Of a stretch of 64,000 nt of DNA, positions 1 to 13,180 are shown piece by piece. Under the pieces are notes generated by a model. It saw only the letters and a list, made by a program, of their open reading frames with translations. It did no database searches and had not been told where the DNA came from. How positions within the stretch are numbered: the stretch's first letter is position 1; every line of letters begins with the position of its first letter. The stretch comes from Eukaryota sp. GEM-RC1 (Eukaryota): the NCBI GenBank assembly GCA_040285855.1, contig JAUFOQ010000010.1:1674001-1738000 (forward strand), given 5' to 3'. A program made the position numbers and the translations under genes.

Positions 1-1
1 T

Positions 2-847
2 TCGTTGATTTTTCCACGTCTTAAGGAGCTTCATGTGTGTGCAGATTTTTCAATTTCTATGCCGTTGATCGAACTGTTGAAAGTTAATACTGCAGTTACT
101 AGTATTGATCTTGATTATCACTTTATTGGAGCTGAAGGTGGTATTACATTGTCCGATGCAATTAAAGTCAATAATTCAATCCACTGTATTAATCTTAATT
201 CCAACTCCATTGGATCTGAAGGTGCTAGTGCTTTGGCAGAAGCGTTGAAAGTCAATACTACTGTGACAAGAATTGATTTGTGTGCAAACTCCATTGGTCC
301 TGAAGGTGCTAGTGCTTTGGCACAAGCGTTGAAAGTCAATACTGCTTTGACAAGAATTGATTTGTGTGCAAACTCCATTGGTCCTGACGGTGCTAGTGCT
401 TTGGCAGAAGCGTTGAAAGTTAATTGTATAATTACAAGTATTAATCTTGATGAAAACTTTGTTGAAGTTGAAGGTGCCAGAGCTTTAGCAGAAGCTTTGA
501 AAGTTAATTCTACAGTCACGAGTATTGTTCTGAGTAGAAACTCTATTGGACCTGAAGGTGCTATAGTATTGGCAGATGCGTTGAAAGTTAATCATGCAGT
601 TGCAAGTGTTGATCTGACATGGAACTTTATTGAAGATGAAGGTGTTATTGCTTTAGCAGAGGCCTTGAAAGTTAATACTAGACTTACCAGTATTGATCTT
701 TGTCTCAACTCTATTGGGTGTGAAGGTGTTAGAGCTTTGGTAGATGCGTTGAAAGTTAATTGTACAATTACAAGTATTAATCTTGATGAAAACTCTTTTA
801 AAGATGAAGAATTTAGAATTTTGGAAAATGTGCTAAAAAGGAAATAG
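2..847 (+). CDS. RNI/NLRC3-like leucine-rich-repeat protein, 5'-partial (frame is open from the window edge)
   Basis: About nine 28-aa repeats of consensus GAxALAEALKVNxTxTxIxLxxNxI. Begins with SLIFPRLKELHV, the junction motif shared with the other LRR paralogs. Ends at TAG 845-847. Confidence 0.9.
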   Translation, partial: SLIFPRLKELHVCADFSISMPLIELLKVNTAVTSIDLDYHFIGAEGGITLSDAIKVNNSIHCINLNSNSIGSEGASALAEALKVNTTVTRIDLCANSIGPEGASALAQALKVNTALTRIDLCANSIGPDGASALAEALKVNCIITSINLDENFVEVEGARALAEALKVNSTVTSIVLSRNSIGPEGAIVLADALKVNHAVASVDLTWNFIEDEGVIALAEALKVNTRLTSIDLCLNSIGCEGVRALVDALKVNCTITSINLDENSFKDEEFRILENVLKRK

Positions 848-1530
848 TATAGTTGAAATACTAAATTAGCTTCCCCTTCTGTATAACTATAAATATGAAA
901 CAGACGGTTTTACTTAAAAACTACTGAAGACGTAAAACATATTATGTTCCAATGATTTTGGTAAGCTCAATCAAAATCTGTCTTCGAAATTTATGGATCT
1001 TTCAGTTGTTATATCTAAACCTTGAAAGTATTATTGAATTGAGTTCTGAGTTTTTCATTGATTTTCTGTTGATGCGTAAGTCTAGTTTCAGATCCAAACG
1101 GTATATGCAAATTGCATGCATATATGCATCAGTCCGACTAGTCATGTGCTTTTGCATAAGCATCACTTTATACATTTTTGAATCTACGAATTTTATCTAC
1201 TATTAATTCATTGCAGTATTGTACTACACAGAACATCGTGGAAGCACTGTCAGATTGATGCGGTCAGTTTTAACACCCAACAATCATGTAAACAATTCTT
1301 CTGTAAACAAGAACACTACGCTTCTTAAAAATGTCAGTGTCAACCACATGTATTAAAAGGATATTGTAGAGACACAATTGTATACGACAACTTTACTATT
1401 GTCAGCGTTGACCTGGTTTGCACATAAACCATCAAAGTTGTTGAAAACCCATCCGAAGAATCATTGCCAAATGAATCGATACGTTACCACATGTATGTAT
1501 TGTATGAATCTAGCTAGCAATATCTATGAT

Positions 1531-1650
1531 TAGGGTTGGGCAAAACTCCACTCGAGTTCTACTCCACTTCACTCCAAACTCCACTTCACTCCAAATTTCT
1601 ACGAGTTGGAGTTGTCAAAATTTTACGAGTAAGTCGAGTTGGAGTGAAAC
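1531..1650. mobile_element. One end of a hAT-like MITE (TAGGGTTGGG terminus, ACTCC/GGAGT subterminal repeats)
   Basis: TAGGG start followed by dense ACTCCA/ACTCG repeats in both orientations. No matching second terminus found. Confidence 0.4.
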
Positions 1651-1794
1651 TTGTGATTTAATCAGTATTTTTGAGTAAGCTGTACATCGTGTACAATTGT
1701 TTTACCGCTGTAGAGTAACACCTATATGCTTTGTCACTAGAAACAAGGTAAACAAATAAAGGACAGTCTAAAGGTCAATTTGGCGACGTTATTA

Positions 1795-2310
1795 TTCATT
1801 TTGAGTCTAGTAATTCTGGAAGTGAATTCAAGAATGTCTTCGATGTTGAATGGACTATCTATTATCAAGAGCACAGATTAAATATCTGCTTTAAAGTAAG
1901 ACGTAATGGAAAGAAGAAGAGAAAGATCAAAAGCTGAAGTGGAGATAGTGTTGGAATCAAGAAAGAGTTTAACTCCTAGGAAAGCAGATTCAAGGAAACG
2001 TTGATTAACATAGCCAACGTGGTGGAAATAAGAAGGTAGTATGTTTGTCAAACGACGATGGTAACGATCACGCGCAACTTCAGACTTCCAGAGACTTCCT
2101 ACGAGATGAGAGCTTACCAGTACTATAAGAGACTGAAGACAATGGATGTGCGTTGGATCAGACATATTCCCGCAAGCAAGAGAAGAATGGATGCCGTTAC
2201 AAGGACAAGAACTTTTCTGCCAATCATTCAGACATTTCTGAGAGCAAACAAATCGATCACAACAGATGGCGATGCAGGAGACATTGGCTTTGCAAACGAA
2301 GCAGGACATT
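1795..2310 (-). pseudogene. Truncated LRR-family paralog: RING-like Cys cluster plus the shared N-domain, LRRs missing
   Basis: ATG 2310, CFVC..CC..VCSQKC..CPC, then LQSL..LPSYFHHVGYVNQRFLESA..FKADI. TAA at 1878-1880 sits where paralogs have Gln/Glu, and homology continues (SVLLIIDSPFNIEDILEF) to ~1795. Confidence 0.75.
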
Positions 2311-3936
2311 GAGAGGAAATTTGAAGTGTTGTTTCTGAAGTTCAGAAACAACACTTCAAATTTCCAGAACGCTGAATTTATCTGAATTCAGTTACCATTC
2401 ACTGTGTTAGGCCAATGATGACGTGTAATTCTAACCTAGAATTCGTCTTGGAAATAAGCCTATCTTCATTATCGTTTTAGGTGTAAAAGCAACTGCTGCA
2501 AACACATTCTACAAATCAATGTAACACGGGTGTTAATACCTGTTAGAATTTCTAAAGAGTATTAACACACGTCTCACATCAGATGTAAGTTTCAAAGTTT
2601 TTTTTGAAAGTTATAGCTGATTTCTTGCATACAATCTTACAACTGATTCTGGCTGTCTTAAAGCTTTCCACACACTGTTTCTTTTAACAAACAAAATGAA
2701 GGACTTCTGAAACGTCGTCTTTCATGTTTAAGGCCAACATTGATCCGTATCATTGATGCGGTTCAACGAAAATTGTTAGCACGTGTTAGCACGCGTGGTA
2801 CACGTCAGGTCATGTTAGCGTTGACTCTAGAAACGAGAAACTCTAGAACATGAATGAAATCTTAAAGTAGTACAACAATTTTAAGTAGTTTACTTTCAAT
2901 ATTTTCAAAGACACTGTTTCTTTGACCGTTATGGTTACTCTAACAATCCCTTTTACTATACATATATTGTTTGCGCATGTAGGAGTTATGAAGTAGAAGT
3001 ATCTTTATAAAGCACACACAACAATACAAATACATTCACATGTTGATTATTTGACTTTATTCCTTTTAGATTTTATTTTTAGCTTCCTACATAAACCTAT
3101 GGCATACAAACTTCTGAATACTAGTTATCCTTTGAGAGGTAAAATCAACAAACTAAATCAAAAATGTCAAGAATGTGTGCTACAGTACTAGTATCAGTCC
3201 TGAAGTTGACACCTTAGAATGTTGACAAAGAGTCTTCCGTGAGACAGAAACAAATGCTAGTGATAGTAAAACATCACCCAGCTTACAATTAAAAGCATGA
3301 CACGTATTTGTGAGACCAGAGAAACTAGTTCCCAGAAGTCTGAAAGTCGTTAGTAAGATGAGAGAGAATCGCAGCACAAATTTGTAAGAATATGAATCAC
3401 TTCATACGGGCTAAATTATTGTAATAAAAAGGTGAAATGAAATATAATATCTGCTTTAATTCAGAAAACGAGATTACTTTCTAAATTGATGTTCTAGAGC
3501 ATGTCGAGAGCGAAGTTATAATCATAATTTGTTCACACTTGCTAACATTGAGCTTATGACCTTCATCAAATCGTAGTTCATTTAGCGAGTGAATAGATTG
3601 TAAATGCCAATTCAACGGTAAATTGGCGAATTCAGTAAATCCATTACACAACTAAATAGTTTGAAGATGTTAAGTAACGGAAGTGCAGCCTTCGTTTCAC
3701 TGACTTCTGTGGAAAAATACAGTGTGCTTAGACACTTAATAATCTTTGAGAAGCAAACTGAGAAGAATAATTTTGAGAAATGTGTGTCAATTGAGGTGGA
3801 GAAACCACTCTGGACAGATGGAATGTATTTCTAAACATGATGGTGTTAGGAATGAACACAATGACGTGGATGGTTTAAAGAAGTTCGAATACATGACAAC
3901 TGTAGACTTCAACAAAGACTTCTCACCAAAACTGAC

Positions 3937-6600
3937 ATGTTTCATCCTGAACCTCCACTGAAGAGTAGCCGTTTCTTGGATGATGATGTTTCAGATACCG
4001 ACACTGTTGTGCACAATGCACGCTCTTCTGGTATCTCCTCTTCGTGTCTTAGCTCTAATTCCTCACCCCCTGATTGCCACTCCTTTTACCCTCCTTCCAA
4101 TCATCTATACTTTCAACAGTCACTCCTTATCGTGATACATGTTCATTCACTGCGTTTGTTGCTCCGCTCTCTTAAAACTCGCCGCTCTCGCCGTACTCTC
4201 CTCCTTAAGTTCAAGCAGCTTCTACCTACATTCTGCGACAAAGTTGCCTATGTAAGCCATCATTTTTGCGAATCTGCTCGACTGTCAATTAAGATTTTTC
4301 TTCAATCAAGCACGTTTCATGTCACTCCTAAAGATCTTCCACAACTCTGTTCGCTTGCTTCTCACTTTGGAGTAGATGTGCAGTCTGTTTTCTTACACGT
4401 AAACGGGAACTTTTATGTTGGAGATTTTCTCAACTATTCCCACATAGTTTCAGGATTGGAATTTGTACTGAAGAGTCCCAATGGCTTGGGGTTTGTTAAG
4501 AACTCGTCTTTGTTTTTTCCACGGCTGAAGCAGCTTGATGTCACTGTGGATGTTTCTACCACAAAGATGTTCCTAACTGAATTTTTTCTCTGAATGCAAT
4601 TTCTCTCGCAGATTTGATTTCTGCAAGTAACACTTTGTTGAAAGTTGCGTTAAGTAGTCGATCACTACTGGGAAAAACAGAATCTCGGACGTTGCTGAAT
4701 ACAATTTCGGGTCATTCGCACTTACAACATCTTGATTTATCTAGACTTTGTATTCTTGATTCAACAGTGCTATCACCACTTCTGTACAGTTCCACTGTTT
4801 TCTCTTTATCCTTATCTTCTAGTCATAACATTGATTCTTCAGTGTTGACTTCACTTACAAACAATTCACATCAAAAGGAATTGGAAATTGTATCAAGTAA
4901 ATTGAATTCTCGAGGACTTGGTCAGGTTTTAAATTTTAGCTCTACTCTGAAAAAACTTACTTTATTACGCAACTCGACGTCATTGTTGCCAATTTTTAGA
5001 TGTCTTTGTTCAAGTTCTTCATTATTAGAATTAGTTATATATCCTCCTCGTCAAAACTTTGGTGAACCAGATGTTGATTCATTAATTAAAATGATTCAAA
5101 TGAACAAAAGCTTATTCGTTGTAAATCTGAAGTCTATAATGTTCTCTTTTTTACATGTTCTAGAGATTCTCAATGGAGTTAAAAATAGTATCGTGATACA
5201 GAAATTGTTCTTGTCATCAAGGAATTTAGATATTGAGAATATAATCAAGCTTCTGAAAGCAACAATTAGTGCCAAAACTACGGTAAGACTTGATGTTTGT
5301 CCTCATCTAATTGATCTCACAAATGGTCTTTTTTGTTTTAAACGTCAAACTAGCATAACTGCCGAACAATTATCTTCTCTTCAGTGTTGTTTTGATGACG
5401 TGATAATCAAACAGCTGACTCTCAAAAAATGTCGTTTTGTAGATGACGCAATCATATGCTTGTGTAAATTATTGGAGAAGAACAATAGTTTAACTTCGCT
5501 TGACCTTAGTGAATGTCAACTCACGGATGAAAATATTCGGAGAATTTCTCTGACACTGATCTCCAAATCATCTTTAAGACGAATTAATTTCAGTAATAAT
5601 TTCAGTAATTTCCGAACCCTTTTGAACACATTTGTGTTTGTTTGGATTCCAACTTTGGAACCAACAATTACCTCCAAAGATCCAAATATCTCCCCATTTT
5701 ATTGATACTAATATTGGACATATTTGCTATGAAAATGAAATTGTAACGACGGATTTATGTTTACTTTTAAAGGATTTAAAGGCATTTAAAGTCCCTATTA
5801 AACGTATCCAATGTCGTGGATTGAAAAGTCCAAATCTAGAAGGAGTCATTGCTCTATTTGAAATTCTTTCCATTAACAGTGGAATACTAGATCTCGATAT
5901 TTCTCCTCATTCGGTTGACGTTGAAAATGCAATATTCTGTTTTTCTCCCAAAGACTCTACGCCAATAACTGAAGCATCACTGCAATCTTTATCTCACACT
6001 TTTGTTATCAGAGAACTTTCACTTAATCGATGTCGCTTTTCTGACCTGGCACTTACTTTATTGAAAGAGTTTGTCAGGTTTAATCACAACTTAACTTCTG
6101 TTGATTTAAGTGATTGTCATCTATCAACTGAACAACTGTGTGAACTTTGTAATCCAATGTTAGTTGGTTCTTCAATAACAAATATCAATATCAGTCATAA
6201 ATCAATTACTTTCGAATTTCTCGTTTCCATTCTTGAACTCAATTCACGTGGTAAACTGGTTCCGCATTTCCAAGTTTCTCCCCATTCGCTTGATGCTTCT
6301 ACTATTGTTTATGAAAATGAGATGGAAAACGAGGATATAATTTATCTGTTAAATGCCTTGAAGTTAAATGTTCCCATTAAACGTGTTGACACGTGTCAAG
6401 GATTTCGAAATCCAGCTTTTGAAGGGCTTAATCATTTGTTTGAAGTGCTTTCCATCAACACATCAATCATAGTCCTTGATATTTCTCCTCACAGTATTGA
6501 TGTTGAAAATAATGTGATTTGTTTCGTACCACAGAATGCTACTTAATTAATCACTGAGGAGGTTGAATGTCTTCAATCAAAAAGTTGCGCTTTGAGAAGT
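3937..6600 (+). pseudogene. Long divergent LRR-family gene (Ser/Pro leader, shared N-domain, degenerate LRRs with SPHxxD repeats), frameshifted
   Basis: ORFs 3937-4593, 4614-5705 and 5632-6546 join through frameshifts, the first at T6 4582-4587. Contains FQQSLL/KVAYVSHHFCES/FPRLKQLDV and LxSxDLSxC motifs. Confidence 0.75.
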
Positions 6601-8089
6601 GATGAGAGTGTCATTAACAAGCCGATAAGTGAACATGATACTGTGTTTCGTCAAACGGGCAGGCTTAGCATACGACATAATCACTTTGATAAACTCCATA
6701 ATTGAAAATTGTTTTGCATCTGCAGCAAGCGAATTTGATATACACATACACTGTGATAAAACAGAGTTGACTCTAAACTACATCAAGTTTCATTTCTGTG
6801 CAAGGATATCAATAATTCTATGACTTTTGTGAGTACAAACCTTTGTACCTTTGTATTATACAAAAAAAAGAATACTTCACAATCACGTTCTGTTCTGATG
6901 ACATTTAAATTTTGTAGTTGATCAATTCATAAAACCACTTCTCGAAACAACTATGACCAGATTGTACACGACAATTCAAGACAAAACTGTACTACTTTTT
7001 GAATGATATTAATACTATAATATATTCACATGACAACTGCATTTAAGCCAACTTCTTCTATGAACAAACAATATCAGTGGATCACTAGAATGATTTTTAA
7101 TCACAATGGGAAGCGTTATTCTCTTCCTGAACTACCAGATTTATCCCAAATTCAGTAACGCTGATGATGAATGGACAGTGGATCAACAGGTAGATATTTT
7201 TTAAAAATGAAACAGACTTTGTCTGAAATGATGAGTATATGATACAGTGCGTCATGTTGTGACTTGCTGCGCTATTTGAAAACTAGGATAGATTGACTAG
7301 CAATACTCGTCAGATATTGTTGGTTGATCAATTGTTACATTTATTTAAAAAATGGTATATGGTGACAATTATCTTTCAACATCGAAAAATCGCCTTGGAA
7401 GTCTTCGAATGTAGTTGCTGATATCAAAAACCAAAACATCTGGTGTATTGTGCAAACAGTGTTACTCATCATTTTCATATATAATTGGCAAAGAGTGGGA
7501 ATAGAAAAACAAGATGCATCAAAGTATGTAGGAAAAGGGGCACCATACAAATTAAAACGAACAGTCATTCACGCACTTGTCAAACAAGCTGCTCCTTCTG
7601 ACAATATTTCCATTGTAGAGGCGTTCCAGTCCAACAAGAAAACACTTGCTGATCAAAATTTAACTAAGTTCATTTATTGCAGTAATATGGCTTGAAATAT
7701 TGTATTCTAGTCTGTTTGAGGAATTTGTATCACTCGTTGGGCAAATTGGCACAAGTTACTCCGTTCCAGCTTCGTCCACTGTGAGAAACACGTTTATGCC
7801 TAATGAATATTCAGAAGAAAAGGAAAAGGTTGATTACGACAACTTTTTCGAGAACATTTATTGAACAAGTTCGTAGAATTGTTACTTTTTACTACCCATT
7901 TAAGCCAAGAGCGTTACTCAAAAATCATACTCATTTGAATATTAGAAAATGACCAGAAACGGGATTTTACTATTGATTTTTAACGTTGAACAGAAAAGTT
8001 CGAAGATCCCATATGCAGTTAAATCAAGGAAAATTGGATGACTGTCATCGAAAAGAAACAAATGTTATCAAATTCGTTTGACTGATCAT

Positions 8090-8556
8090 ACTTATGTCTT
8101 ACACTCCGAGAGAAAATAGCAGTGCTTGGACTCTACTTAGAAGTTTTACTTCACCATTCAAAACCAGTGTCAAAACGAGACATACTGCAAGCTACTCACA
8201 AGCGCAATCCAAACTTCGTAACATCTGGATGGGTTGAAGCTTCCAATATTATCAATAAAGGTATGGTTACAGCTCCACAAGAAAAGGAGAGACTCTACTC
8301 ATTGACTTCCGAAGGCATAGCAGTTTTTCAAAGGGACCATGTTGTTTCAAAAGCCAAACCTTCTGAAAATTTGGTACAATCAGTAAATCCAATAAATCTT
8401 ACTTATAATCGTATGTATGCTGTCTTGGACTTTAATAAACCAATCATCCCCATAGAACTTAATTACTATATTGTTACTGGAGCAAGAACGTTTGGTGATA
8501 AGTATGTTGGACTGTCTTTGACGATATACTTAAAGTCACAGTCGAAAACCTTATAA
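8090..8556 (+). pseudogene. Degenerate ORF with a winged-helix-like segment (resembles the MUS81 WH region)
   Basis: VSKRDILQA..SGW..IINKGMV..RLYSLTSEG pattern. No nuclease domain seen and flanks are disrupted. Confidence 0.3.
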
Positions 8557-9099
8557 TCCCCATGCCTTTTGTGTAAAGATCAATCCACGGGTGTTAATTG
8601 ATGCCACGTGTCGTGGTCAATGGGTCCAAACTGAAGAGCAGGACGAAGTACAGACAATTACTTTGTTTAATCAAAAGAGAGCAGAAACTTCGGTTGTACC
8701 AGAGTCAAATATACTTTTTCTTGGAGAAGATGACGATAATCCCATTTCAACCGACATGACTCAGGAAATTGTGCAATATGCGTCTTCTAGGCTTTTAAAA
8801 ACAACTGGTTTTTCTCGAAAAAATGTTCTTGAATACCTTGATGCATGTGAAGCCAAATATTTCCGAGAAATGTAGACTTATATCTTTGAAATAGGTAAAA
8901 GATACATCAGCCAAGTTTTAATGAACGTTCGATGTCGACCAGTCACTGTCAAGAGTTGTCCAAGCTGAAGACACTCAACATGAATAATAGATTGTTGTTT
9001 TCATTCATTTTAAAAAAATATATATTTGTACACACGTAGATTTCATTCATAATGCATAATTAACTTTTTTCAGTTCTCACAACCTTTTCACATCCAAAT

Positions 9100-9750
9100 C
9101 ATCTTAGGCGATCACTCTTAAACAAAATTTGGGACTTGCGGTTGCGAATTGACATAAAGACATCTCAAAGCGACTTCGGCGCTGAAACTCTGTCACCACA
9201 CAGTCCCTCCATCCTTTGGGTTTTAACAGAGATGTTCCAGTTGAACGCCGTTATGATTCATCATACGTCTCCAGCGCTAATACAAAAACTATAGATCCTT
9301 TAATCTGATCACATTCTTCATGATACTGTTATAATTCAAATAAAACTCCACATTACCGATTATTCTTTGTATACTTACGAGTCACTTGTTTTGAATCAAT
9401 ACTGGCGCTATTGTATCAAATCAATAGCAACTGATAGACTAAGTATACTTGCTATAAATACATTAACAAATGTTTGTGGTGATGGGTGTTGTGCCACAAT
9501 AGCAACTCGAGTTGAGTTTAGGATATATAGTTTTGAGTTGTTGAGATGCATTAACGTTTCTTTGTGTACTTAATAGAGAAACTATTTCTCGGAGATACAA
9601 TAGAGGATGTTCGTATAACATGTTTCTCATATCTACGACATCGTCTTCAGATAGCTTCCAAAGACCTGATATCACGTTTCCGATGCTTTCAGGGGCCAAA
9701 CATGTGACACAAGGAAAAACTCAGCGCAACTTCTGCCTGAGTTTTATCCA
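9100..9750 (-). mobile_element. Tc1/IS630-like transposase relic
   Basis: KLSEDDVVDMRNMLYEHPLLYLREIVSLL resembles the PxxYLxEI HTH of IS630/Tc1 elements. A YDES-like segment lies near 9250-9270. Multiple stops. Confidence 0.4.
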
Positions 9751-10242
9751 ACCAAATATAAGTGTAAACCGCTCTGACGATAGTATCATCAGTGGCTTGA
9801 CGTAAGGAGGTTAGGTCAAGTTCAGAATCTAACAAAAGTTGAAGTGAGTATCCCGTAAAAAGAGAATTTGCTCACATATGCGTGAATTTTAGGAACCACA
9901 GACTTAATGCTGAAAATTTTCTTTCATCATTGAATGGAATTATGTAATTCAAAGCAAGCAACATGTAGGGATGAGTTCAAATTGAATGTACAACAGGTAA
10001 AGACTCATGGAACCAAAAGAAGTCTAGAAGAAGAAAGAAACTGTCCGATATGCTCCATAAGGACAGTTAAGAGAAGGAAATAACATCAAGGCAAAAAGAA
10101 ATGCACCTTGAACTAGCAAAAGAACTAGAAGAAGAGACTGTGGGAGTGACTGAACAAGACTCATTGACTAGAACATTCTAAGGAGAGAGGACGAGGTAGA
10201 CTGCCTTTATATTGGTGTATGTCTTTGATATGAACTTGAAGA

Positions 10243-12300
10243 ATGCTCAATCTCATGTTCAATTCAAGTGACTCTCGATCCTCTTTAAGAACTTCCAACA
10301 CTACTGACGTCAAAAGTCCTCCTTCTAAACGCCCTCGAGTTCTAAATTGTCTTTCTCTTCCAAATACTTATTGCTTCCCTTCAGATTGCTTCTGCAACAA
10401 CCTCTATTCTCTACAAAGAGACAACCTTCTTACTGATACTGTCATCACCTACAATGGCAACTCTTTCCATTGTCATTCCTTCGTCGTCAGTGCTTTCAGT
10501 CCTGTTCTTAAGGAGAAGGGGTTGGAATCTACCACAATAGACTTCCCTTTACTTCCTTTTCTTACGGATCCTGATATCTTTTTCTCAGTTCTGACAACTC
10601 TCTATGGCCAATCTCTTACTATTACTCCTCAAAATTTTACCAACATCTCTTTCATTGCGTCTCTTCTTCCAGTTGCAGGAGTTAAGTGAGTTTGTTACTG
10701 AGAGAATGACAAAAGGGTTGGGAAACTTTGAGGATAACAATTTTAAATTGGATTCAAAACACGTCGTTTCTAAAATCGTGGAGGATTGTCCAAAAGATGT
10801 ATGTGTTTCGTATCATCACACGTCTGTTAAATTGAATTCTGTTTTATTGACTAGTTTTTCCGAAATGTTTCAGAATCTTTTTAATTCTTAATTTGCCGAC
10901 TTAGCAACCAAAAATTTTGAATTTTCTAATGAATTTCCGGGTATATCTGAAGATGTTTTTGGTCTATTTTTTGGTCTTTTTCACTATCAGCACTGTGTTG
11001 AACTAGATATTTCAAATATATTGGATTTTTTCCAACTGTCTGCCTATTTTCAAGTTGAACACTTGAAAGTGGCTTGCCATGACTTTCTCGTTCTGAATTC
11101 TTTCTCAAAGGCAGAACTTTTTGATATTTTAAAAAACTGGAGTGAACAAAACCAATGTTCTATTCCAATTTCTGATGTATTTTTAAATATTGACAATGAA
11201 ACTTTGGGAGATTGTATACCTTCCATTGTTTTAGTTGAACTTCTTTGTTCCATACTTCCTAGTGAATACTCAGTGTGGCTTGGGAAAAGTATGGTGAAAT
11301 CTTGGAAGAATTCTGAAGAATTCAATCTTTGTTGGACGGTGGATGGATTTGTAAAATGTGTTCAATTAATTATGGAGAAACCTGATTTAAATGTAATGCA
11401 GTTTTTAAATTCTTTAATGGAACTCAGTAATGATAGTAAGCTTGGTTCATATATCAATTCTTTCGTTGCAAAGACTTCTCTTGATTTCTGGACATCACGT
11501 GAAAAAGCCCTCAGAGCTGGCAATCAATTATATTATGATGGATTGCAATACTTTTATGGATATTCAGTAACTCAGAATTATGAAAAGGCTTTTTCCTTGT
11601 TTAATGAAGGTTCTAATCACAATCACGTTGATTCTATATTCAAATTAGGAAGTTGCTATTATTTGAGTCTAGGTGTAGAAGAGAATATCTCCAAAGCTGT
11701 TGAATATTTTAAGAAATCTGCTGCTATGGGCCATGTTCTGGGGATGATGAACCTAGGTTTTTGTTTTCTTGAAGGAGGAGAAAATCGAGACGAAGCCATT
11801 CGCCTGTTAAAAAACGCTGCAGAGCTTGGAAATTCGGAAGGTTTCCTTGGCCTATATTTCTGTTACGCCAAGGGTGCAGATAGAAATATGGACGAAGCTC
11901 TCCAACAGCTACGAACCGCAATCGATATGGGGAACTCTGAAGCTATGAACTCAATGGGATGTCTGTTGTGGGAAGGAGATGTTATGAAGAAGAATAATAG
12001 TGAGGCATTTAAATATTATAAATTGTCAGCTGAAGGAGGCTGTTCTCAGGGAATGGTCCATTTAGCTGAATACTTCCTCGAAGGAATTGGAATGCAACCG
12101 GATGAAGATAGGCCATTGAAGTTATTTGAACAAGCCGCAAATTTAAATAATTCTCATGCGGTCAAACATTTAATTAATTTTTACAAAAGAAGAACCGAAC
12201 TACGCGTAATGCAGAATTACTAAGGTATTGGAAAAGAAGGAAAGTCGAATTAAAAGGATGTTCAGACATTGACGTTTTGAAAAGAAGAGGGTTGTTGTAA
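10243..12300 (+). pseudogene. BTB-BTB-SEL1-repeat protein, disrupted (paralog 1)
   Basis: BTB (TDTVITYNGNSFHCHSFVVSAFSPV), a second BTB and C-terminal SEL1 repeats (LGSCYYLSLGVEENISKAVEYFKKSA). Frameshift ~10670, in-frame TAA 10889-10891 and frameshift at A4 12185-12188. Homologous end RRGLL-TAA at 12300. Has an internal deletion relative to paralog 2. Confidence 0.85.
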
Positions 12301-12707
12301 ATAAAGCTTTTTGGAATTCTTCTTTTTTTGCATTTGTTCTATATTCTTATTAACCATATTGACTAAGTTTCATAAGTATTTTAACAAATCATGGGACAAT
12401 CTAGGTTATGTTTCTAATCATCAAAGAATGATCAACAACCAGTAACGATGTTCATATGTGATATATATTTCTGTGGGAACTTAAAACGTGCAAAATCTCG
12501 AGTTTCCTTATTTGCTTATTCAATAATTACCACTTGTTTAAATCAGTTCTTTACTGGCAACAACAGAGGGCAGTATCTAAAGGTTGCTTAGATATTGATT
12601 TTTGAAAAAGTAATCGGTTGTTGTAAATTACATCTGATGAACAAATAGAGTATTACATATTGCTTTGTTTATATCTATTTATTGGTCAGAGCTAAGGAAC
12701 TCCTGAC

Positions 12708-13180
12708 CATTGTTCGAAATTTCCCACGTGTTTTTTAAAATACACTGTGTCGCTGTTAACACGCGTGTCCACACGGTGTCTTTGATGTGTCTTATGGGTC
12801 TTTTTGGCGTGTTTTTATTGAAAAGAGTTTCTGATTCATGGTGCAGAGTTTCATTATATAAACATTGTTTTGGGCCAATTCTTGCCTTTATCTGACATCT
12901 CATCACTGAATCTTGGATTCTGTGGTTCTGTTGAGTTGAATTTGTTTTTGAGAGCGCATTATGTCAGTAATTTTGCCACTTTTGCTGGCATTGTAGTCTA
13001 TTGTGGTATAACATATAGAAAAGATTCAAGTCAAACAGTATTGAGGAAAATAAAAGGGTATTTTCGAAGTTTTCTAGGTTTTTTTGCAGAAAACACGTAC
13101 ACACGCGGTGTCTTTTTGCGTGTTTTTGCAAAGACACAGTGTTCGTGTCCAAACATATCCACACGTGTCATCGAACACTG
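12708..13180. mobile_element. hAT-like MITE with ACACG/CGTGT subterminal repeats
   Basis: Ends CATTGTTCGA / TCGAACACTG (9/10 inverted match). Flanks CTCCTGAC and CCCCCGAC (6/8, degenerate 8-bp TSD). Confidence 0.6.

Noticed and set aside
118..519. Antisense ORFs over LRR genes (also 14760-15320, 42571-43230, 48056-48295) and the off-frame ORF 14908-15315
   Set aside because: Shadow frames produced by repetitive LRR codons, with no independent coding signal.
190..800. 84-nt periodic repeats with variable intervals as a CRISPR-like array
   Set aside because: They are in-frame LRR coding units in a eukaryotic gene, and no cas genes are present.
1530..1540. TTAGGG as a telomeric seed
   Set aside because: Single occurrence, better explained as a MITE terminus.
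1878..1880. TAA/TAG reassigned to Gln, as in hexamitid diplomonads
   Set aside because: In-frame stops align with different residues (Gln/Glu here, Glu at 10889, probably Trp at 29019), and homologous genes end cleanly at TAA/TAG (12300, 37838, 42411, 44843, 55485). They are ordinary nonsense changes.
2500..2916. Possible MITE with ACACG repeats ending in AAAGACACTG
   Set aside because: No matching left TIR or TSD found.
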